DNA of 64,000 nt from an uncultured virus (IMG/VR IMGVR_UViG_3300046820_002883) (Duplodnaviria; Heunggongvirae; Uroviricota; Caudoviricetes): IMG/VR virus record IMGVR_UViG_3300046820_002883; one strand, 5' to 3'. Below the pieces are notes generated by a model. That model worked only from the letters and a program-made list of their open reading frames with translations. It was not told where the DNA came from and ran no database searches. Made by a program: the position numbers and the translations under genes. Of the stretch, positions 19,801 through 28,800 are shown one piece after another (the first letter of the stretch is position 1; the number at the start of each line of letters is the position of its first letter).

Positions 19801-22800
19801 TATTGTTGGTGTTACCGTTGGGGTAATAGTTGGTGTAACACTAGTTGTTGGTGTTATAGTTGGTGTAATTGTAGGTGTAACAGTTGGAGTTACTGTTGGG
19901 GTTACAGAAGTTGTTGGAGTAACTGATGTTGTTGGTGTGATGGTCGGAGTCACTGTAGGTGTAATCGTAGGAGTTACCGTAGGTGTTACTGTTGGAGTTA
20001 CTGATGTTGTTGGAGTAATAGTCGGAGTTACCGTTGCAGTTCTGGTTGGTGTAACGGTTGGTGTGACAGTTGGTGTAATTGATGTTGTAGGTGTAATGGT
20101 AGGAGTGACCGTAGCAGTTACTGTTGGAGTAATAGTTGGAGTAACTGACGTGGTTGGTGTAATAGTAGGTGTTACCGTAGGTGTTTGGGTCGGCGTAACT
20201 GAAGTTGTTGGAGTAACCGTAGGTGTGATTGTTGGTGTAACTGTTGGAGTAACTGATGTTGTTGGTGTTATAGTAGGAGTAACCGTAGGGGTCTGAGTAG
20301 GTGTTAGTGTTGGGGTTACTGATGTTGTAGGGGTAATTGTAGGTGTAATAGTAGGGGTTACTGTTGGAGTAATTGTAGGTGTTACTGAAGTTGTTGGAGT
20401 AATGGTTGGCGTGATGGTAGGAGTGGTTGTTGGTGTAACTGATGTAGTTGGCGTGATGGTTGGAGTTACGGTTGGGGTAATGGTTGGTGTTACTGAGGTT
20501 GTAGGGGTAATGGTTGGAGTAACTGTTGGAGTAATAGTTGGCGTAACCGAAGTAGTCGGTGTAATAGTTGGTGTTACTGTTGGGGTAATAGTCGGAGTAA
20601 CAGTTGGTGTAACGGAAGTTGTTGGTGTAACGGAAGTTGTTGGCGTTATTGTAGGTGTCACCGTAGGTGTTTGAGTCGGTGTGATTGTTGGTGTAACTGA
20701 AGTAGTTGGTGTAATAGTCGGAGTAACTGTTGGGGTAACCGAAGTTGTTGGAGTTATTGTAGGTGTTACCGTTGCGGTCCTAGTTGGAGTTATAGTTGGG
20801 GTTACAGATGTAGTTGGTGTTACTGATGTAGTAGGGGTGATAGTCGGTGTTACAGTCGGTGTGATTGTAGGTGTTACTGTTGGAGTTACAGAAGTTGTAG
20901 GTGTAATTGTTGGTGTTACTGTTGGAGTTATAGTTGGTGTAACTGAGGTTGTAGGAGTAATGGTTGGGGTGATGGTAGGTGTTACTGTTGGAGTTACAGA
21001 AGTTGTAGGTGTAATTGTTGGTGTTACTGTTGGAGTTATAGTTGGTGTAACTGAGGTTGTAGGAGTAATGGTTGGGGTGATGGTAGGTGTTACAGTTGGT
21101 GTTACTGACGTGGTTGGTGTTATTGTAGGAGTAACCGTAGGTGTTTGAGTCGGTGTCAACGTTGGAGTTACTGATGTTGTAGGGGTAACGGAAGTAGTTG
21201 GAGTAATGGTAGGTGTAATTGTAGGTGTTACTGACGGTGTAATGGTTGGCGTAACCGAAGTAGTCGGTGTAATAGTTGGTGTTACTGTTGGAGTAACCGT
21301 CGGAGTTATAGATGTAGTTGGAGTTACCGTTGGAGTAATTGTAGGTGTTACTGTAGGTGTAACTGAGGTAGTCGGTGTGATTGTGGGTGTAATGGTAGGA
21401 GTAACAGTTGGAGTAACTGTTGGTGTTACAGATGTAGTTGGTGTTATTGTAGGAGTTACTGTCGGGGTAACCGTAGCAGTTCTAGTGGGGGTGATTGTAG
21501 GAGTAACAGAGGTAGTTGGAGTGATGGTCGGAGTAACTGTCGGGGTAACTGTTGGCGTAACTGTTGGAGTTACTGATGTTGTTGGAGTAATGGTTGGAGT
21601 TATAGTTGGAGTAACCGTTGGAGTAACAGATGTGGTTGGTGTTATGGTCGGAGTGATTGTTGGAGTTACCGTAGGAGTAACAGAAGTTGTAGGGGTTACA
21701 GTAGGTGTTTGAGTCGGTGTTATCGTTGGAGTTACCGAAGTTGTTGGAGTAATGGTTGGAGTTATAGTTGGAGTTACTGTTGGTGTTACTGTTGGTGTTA
21801 CGGAAGTTGTTGGTGTTGTAGTTGGAGTAATAGTCGGTGTTACTGTTGCAGTTCTAGTTGGAGTGATGGTTGGTGTGACAGAAGTTGTTGGAGTTATAGT
21901 CGGCGTTACCGTTGAAGTTATAGTTGGCGTAACTGTAGGTGTTACAGATGTAGTTGGTGTTATTGTTGGAGTAACTGTAGGTGTTACAGATGTAGTTGGT
22001 GTTATTGTTGGAGTAACTGTAGGTGTTTGAGTTGGTGTAACTGTCGGGGTGACAGAAGTTGTTGGAGTAATTGATGTAGTTGGGGTTATTGTTGGTGTAA
22101 CTGTTGCAGTTATAGTTGGGGTAATGGTCGGTGTGACAGAAGTTGTTGGTGTGATTGTAGGAGTTACTGTTGGGGTAACTGTAGGTGTTACTGAGGTAGT
22201 GGGTGTTATAGTTGGAGTAACTGTAGGTGTTACTGTCGGGGTAACTGAGGTTGTTGGTGTTATTGTAGGAGTAATAGTAGGAGTTACTGTTGGAGTTACA
22301 GATGTTGTGGGAGTAATAGTCGGTGTTACCGTAGCAGTTCTAGTTGGAGTGATTGTAGGAGTGACAGAAGTAGTAGGTGTTATAGTAGGAGTAATGGTAG
22401 GAGTTACTGTTGGTGTAACAGAAGTCGTTGGTGTGATAGTAGGAGTTACTGTCGGTGTTTGAGTCGGAGTAATTGTGGGTGTTACAGATGTAGTAGGAGT
22501 TACGGATGTTGTTGGCGTGATTGTCGGTGTAACCGTTGCAGTAACGGTAGGTGTCACCGTTGGGGTAACAGATGTTGTCGGTGTTATTGTTGCGGTAACT
22601 GTCGGCGTTACGGTTGGTGTAACAGAGGTAGTTGGAGTAATAGTTGGGGTTACAGTTGGTGTAACAGTTGGTGTAACCGAAGTTGTCGGTGTGATAGTAG
22701 GTGTTACGGTTGGAGTAACTGTAGGGGTAACGGTAGGTGTTACCGAAGTCGTAGGAGTTATTGTTGGCGTTACCGTAGCAGTTCTAGTCGGTGTTACTGT

Positions 22801-25800
22801 TGGAGTGATAGTCGGTGTTACTGATGTTGTTGGTGTAATAGTCGGAGTTACCGTTGCGGTTACGGTTGGAGTTACCGTAGGAGTAACAGATGTTGTTGGT
22901 GTAATTGTAGGGGTTACTGTAGGTGTAATTGTCGGGGTAACCGATGTAGTTGGAGTAATGGTTGGAGTAACTGTTGGTGTTTGAGTCGGTGTAACAGAGG
23001 TTGTGGGTGTGATTGTCGGTGTAACCGTTGCAGTAACGGTAGGTGTCACCGTTGGGGTAACAGATGTTGTCGGTGTAATAGTAGGAGTTACCGTTGGAGT
23101 AATAGTTGGTGTAACTGAAGTTGTTGGTGTAATAGTTGGGGTTACAGTTGGTGTGACAGTTGGTGTAACCGAAGTTGTCGGTGTGATAGTAGGTGTAACC
23201 GTTGGTGTTATGGTTGGTGTTATGGTTGGCGTAACAGAAGTAGTTGGTGTTATCGTTGGCGTAACTGTTGATGTAACTGTAGGTGTCACTGTTGGGGTAA
23301 CAGAAGTTGTGGGGGTAATTGTTGGTGTCACCGTAGGTGTTACCGTAGGTGTTACTGATGTGGTAGGTGTGATTGTAGGTGTGATTGTGGGTGTCACAGT
23401 AGGAGTAACAGATGTTGTTGGTGTAATGGTAGGGGTTACAGTAGGAGTTTGAGTCGGTGTCAACGTCGGTGTTACGGAAGTTGTTGGCGTAACTGAGGTT
23501 GTAGGAGTAATAGTCGGAGTTACCGTAGCAGTTCTAGTTGGGGTAATTGTAGGGGTTACCGATGTTGTTGGTGTTATAGTTGGAGTAACCGTTGGTGTCA
23601 CCGTTGGGGTAACACTGGTTGTTGGTGTTATAGTTGGGGTAACTGTAGGAGTAACAGTTGGAGTTACTGATGTCGTAGGAGTAACCGTTGGTGTTTGGGT
23701 AGGTGTCAACGTTGGTGTAACCGAAGTGGTTGGAGTTACCGTTGGAGTAATTGTAGGTGTTACCGTAGGTGTTACAGAAGTAGTTGGAGTTACAGTTGGT
23801 GTTATTGTCGGAGTTTGAGTCGGTGTGATGGTTGGAGTCACCGAAGTCGTTGGTGTTATAGTTGGGGTAATGGTTGGGGTTACTGTTGGGGTTCTAGTTG
23901 GAGTTACCGTTGGAGTGACAGATGTTGTGGGGGTAACTGATGTCGTTGGAGTAATGGTTGGTGTTACAGTTGCCGTAACTGTAGGTGTAATTGTTGGGGT
24001 TATAGATGTAGTTGGAGTTACAGTTGGGGTAATAGTCGGAGTAATAGTAGGCGTAACTGAAGTAGTTGGTGTTATTGTTGGTGTCACGGTTGGTGTTACC
24101 GTCGGTGTTACCGATGTTGTCGGTGTTATTGTAGGTGTTACAGTTGCCGTAACAGTAGGTGTCACAGTTGGGGTAACAGATGTAGTTGGTGTAATCGTTG
24201 GAGTAACCGTAGGTGTTTGAGTTGGTGTTACTGTTGGGGTTACACTAGTTGTTGGAGTAATTGTAGGAGTAACTGTCGGAGTTACTGTTGGTGTAACAGA
24301 AGTTGTGGGAGTAATTGTAGGTGTTACCGTAGCGGTTCTGGTTGGGGTAACTGTTGGTGTTACAGATGTGGTTGGTGTAACCGATGTTGTTGGAGTAATG
24401 GTTGGCGTGATGGTAGGAGTGGTTGTTGGTGTGACAGTTGGTGTCACAGAGGTAGTTGGAGTAATAGTAGGTGTTACCGTCGGTGTTTGAGTCGGTGTTA
24501 CTGAAGTAGTTGGTGTAATGGTAGGTGTAACTGTCGGAGTTACGGTTGGTGTGATTGAAGTAGTTGGTGTGATTGTGGGAGTTACTGTTGCGGTAACAGT
24601 GGGGGTTACTGTTGGAGTAACTGAGGTAGTTGGTGTAACTGATGTGGTAGGAGTTATAGTTGGAGTAACTGTTGCGGTTCTAGTTGGGGTAATAGTTGGG
24701 GTAACTGAGGTAGTCGGTGTGATAGTAGGTGTTACTGTAGGTGTTACCGTTGGTGTTACTGATGTTGTAGGAGTTATAGTTGGCGTAATGGTTGGTGTTA
24801 CCGTCGGTGTAACTGTAGGAGTGACACTAGTTGTCGGTGTAATTGTAGGTGTAATAGTAGGGGTTACTGTTGGAGTAATTGTAGGTGTTACTGAAGTTGT
24901 TGGAGTAATGGTTGGCGTGATGGTAGGAGTGGTTGTTGGTGTAACTGATGTAGTTGGCGTGATGGTTGGAGTTACGGTTGCAGTAACGGTAGGAGTAACA
25001 CTAGTTGTTGGAGTAACTGAGGTTGTTGGGGTAATTGTTGGTGTAATAGTTGGTGTTACAGTAGGTGTTACTGTAGGAGTTACTGATGTTGTTGGGGTTA
25101 TAGTTGGGGTGACAGAAGTAGTTGGCGTGATTGTAGGAGTAACCGTTGCCGTAACTGTAGGTGTTACTGTTGGAGTTACAGATGTTGTAGGAGTTACCGT
25201 TGGAGTAACAGATGTAGTTGGTGTTATAGTAGGAGTAACCGTAGGGGTCTGAGTAGGTGTTAGTGTTGGGGTTACTGATGTTGTAGGTGTTATAGTCGGT
25301 GTTATAGTTGGAGTTACTGTTGGTGTAACTGAGGTAGTTGGTGTAATAGTTGGAGTTACTGTTGGTGTAACTGTAGGGGTTACGGTGGGTGTTACCGATG
25401 TTGTCGGGGTTACTGATGTAGTTGGAGTTACAGTTGGTGTTATTGTCGGAGTTTGAGTCGGTGTCAACGTCGGTGTAACACTAGTTGTTGGAGTAATAGT
25501 TGGTGTTACTGTTGCAGTAACGGTAGGTGTCACCGTTGGGGTAACAGATGTTGTCGGTGTTATTGTTGGGGTAACTGTTGGTGTTACGGTTGGTGTTACG
25601 GTTGGTGTAACTGAAGTTGTTGGCGTGATGGTTGGAGTAATGGTTGGTGTTTGAGTTGGGGTAACTGAAGTTGTTGGTGTAATAGTTGGGGTCACTGTCG
25701 GTGTTACTGTTGGTGTTACTGTTGGTGTTACCGATGTAGTTGGAGTAATAGTAGGTGTAACCGTTGGGGTAACAGAGGTTGTTGGTGTAATGGTTGGTGT

Positions 25801-28800
25801 TACCGTGGCAGTTCTAGTGGGTGTAATGGTAGGTGTAATCGATGTAGTTGGAGTAACCGATGTAGTTGGAGTGATTGTCGGTGTAACGGTTGGAGTAATG
25901 GTAGGTGTAATTGTTGGTGTTACGGTTGGTGTGATTGAAGTAGTTGGCGTAATAGTCGGAGTTACTGTGGGAGTAACTGTCGCAGTTCTCGTTGGGGTAA
26001 TGGTTGGAGTAACAGAGGTTGTTGGTGTTACAGATGTTGTAGGAGTGATAGTAGGGGTGACTGTTGCGGTAACTGTCGGCGTTACGGTTGGTGTAACTGA
26101 AGTGGTTGGTGTTATCGTTGGTGTAACGGTGGGTGTGACAGTTGGTGTTACAGATGTTGTAGGAGTGATAGTAGGGGTGACTGTTGGTGTAATTGTAGGT
26201 GTAACCGAAGTTGTAGGGGTTATAGTTGGTGTAATAGTAGGAGTTATAGTTGGAGTTATAGTTGGGGTAACCGATGTAGTTGGTGTTACAGAAGTCGTTG
26301 GTGTGATAGTTGGTGTAATAGTGGGAGTTTGAGTGGGAGTGATAGTTGGTGTTACTGAAGTTGTTGGTGTAATTGTAGGAGTGATTGTAGGTGTTACAGT
26401 TGGTGTTACTGAAGTGGTTGGAGTTATTGTGGGTGTTACCGTTGCAGTTCTAGTTGGAGTTATAGTTGGGGTAACCGATGTAGTAGGAGTTACTGAAGTA
26501 GTAGGGGTAATGGTTGGAGTAATTGTGGGGGTTACAGTAGGTGTTACAGTTGGTGTTACTGAAGTGGTTGGAGTAACTGTAGGTGTCACAGTTGGAGTAA
26601 CCGATGTAGTTGGAGTCGCGGTAGGGGTAATGGTTGGAGTAATTGTGGGGGTTTGGGTTGGTGTAACCGATGTTGTTGGTGTTATAGTTGGAGTAACAGT
26701 TGCAGTAACTGTAGGTGTCACAGTTGGAGTAACCGATGTTGTTGGTGTAATGGTTGGAGTAACTGTAGGGGTTACGGTGGGTGTTAATGTTGGGGTTACT
26801 GATGTTGTAGGTGTGATGGTTGGTGTAACTGTTGCAGTAACTGTAGGTGTCACAGTTGGAGTAACACTAGTTGTTGGCGTTACCGATGTTGTTGGTGTAA
26901 TGGTTGGAGTAACTGTAGGGGTTACGGTGGGTGTTAATGTTGGGGTTACTGATGTTGTAGGTGTGATGGTTGGTGTAACTGTTGGTGTAACCGATGTAGT
27001 AGGGGTAATGGTTGGAGTAATTGTGGGGGTTCTAGTTGGTGTTATAGTTGGTGTTACAGATGTAGTAGGAGTTACGGATGTTGTTGGCGTAATTGTAGGG
27101 GTTACTGTAGGTGTTTGAGTAGGAGTTCCTGTTGGAGTTATAGAAGTGGTCGGCGTTACTGTTGGAGTGATAGTTGGTGTTACTGTGGGGGTAACTGAAG
27201 TCGTAGGAGTAATAGTTGGTGTTACTGTAGGGGTAATGGTTGGTGTTACTGAAGTAGTTGGAGTTACTGTGGGTGTGATGGTTGGGGTTATAGTTGGTGT
27301 TCTAGTTGGGGTTACTGAAGTTGTTGGTGTAACGCTAGTAGTTGGAGTAATTGTAGGAGTAACTGTAGGAGTTTGAGTCGGTGTCAACGTTGGTGTAACA
27401 CTGGTTGTTGGTGTAATGGTTGGTGTTACTGATGGCGTAATGGTCGGTGTTACCGAAGTTGTTGGGGTGATGGTTGGTGTAATAGTTGGAGTGATTGTGG
27501 GAGTGATGGTTGGTGTAACTGAAGTCGTAGGAGTTAGAGTTGGAGTTGTGGTCGGAGTAACAGAGGTTGTTGGAGTAACGGTTGGTGTGGTTGTTGGGGT
27601 TACTGTGGGAGTCCTAGTAGGAGTAACAGAGGTTGTTGGTGTCAATGTTGGTGTAACTGAAGTCGTAGGAGTTATAGTTGGGGTTACTGTTGAAGTAACA
27701 GTTGGTGTAACGGTTGGAGTTACACTAGTAGTTGGGGTTATAGTTGGTGTAATAGTAGGAGTTACTGTTGGTGTAACAGTTCTAGTTGGGGTAACTGTCG
27801 GAGTTATAGTTGCGGTAACAGTAGGAGTTACGGTTGGAGTAACTGATGTAGTTGGTGTTATAGTCGGCGTAATAGTTGGAGTAACCGTTGGGGTGATTGT
27901 GGGAGTAATTGTTGGTGTTTGCGTCATTGTTGGAGTCGATGTTGGGGTCGGACTCGGTATCATTGTATAATCAATATCACATGCAGGTGCTGGTGTTACA
28001 GTTGGTGTCGGTGTAAATGTTGGAGTTACAGAAGTTGTTGGTGTAATCGTTGGTGTTACTGTTGCGGTAAGTGTTGGTGTTACTGTAGGTGTAACAGAAG
28101 TAGTTGGAGTGATAGTAGGTGTAACCGTAGGGGTTACTGAAGTCGTTGGTGTAATAGTTGGTGTTACTGTCGGTGTCTTAGTAGGGGTGATAGTTGGTGT
28201 TATAGATGTTGTTGGCGTGATTGTAGGTGTTATAGATGTTGTTGGCGTGATTGTAGGTGTAACTGTTGCGGTAACTGTTGGTGTCACCGTTGGAGTTACT
28301 GAAGTTGTTGGTGTAATGGTAGGGGTAACTGTTGGTGTAACTGAAGTCGTAGGAGTAATGGTAGGTGTGACTGTAGCGGTTCTAGTTGGAGTAATGGTTG
28401 GGGTCACACTAGTTGTAGGGGTTACTGAAGTCGTAGGAGTGATTGTTGGTGTTATTGTCGGAGTTTGAGTCGGTGTCAATGTAGGAGTTACAGATGTGGT
28501 CGGGGTAACGGTAGGTGTAATCGTTGGTGTAACTGAAGTTGTTGGTGTAATTGTAGGAGTGATTGTTGCCGTTACAGTTGGTGTAATAGTAGGAGTAACT
28601 GAAGTTGTTGGGGTAATAGAGGTTGTTGGTGTAATCGTTGGAGTTATAGTTGGTGTAATGGTTGGTGTAACAGTAGGTGTTACCGTAGGGGTAACAGACG
28701 TTGTTGGTGTAACTGAAGTTGTTGGAGTAATTGTGGGAGTAACCGTTGCGGTAACTGTAGGTGTAATAGTAGGCGTTACAGATGTTGTTGGAGTGATTGT

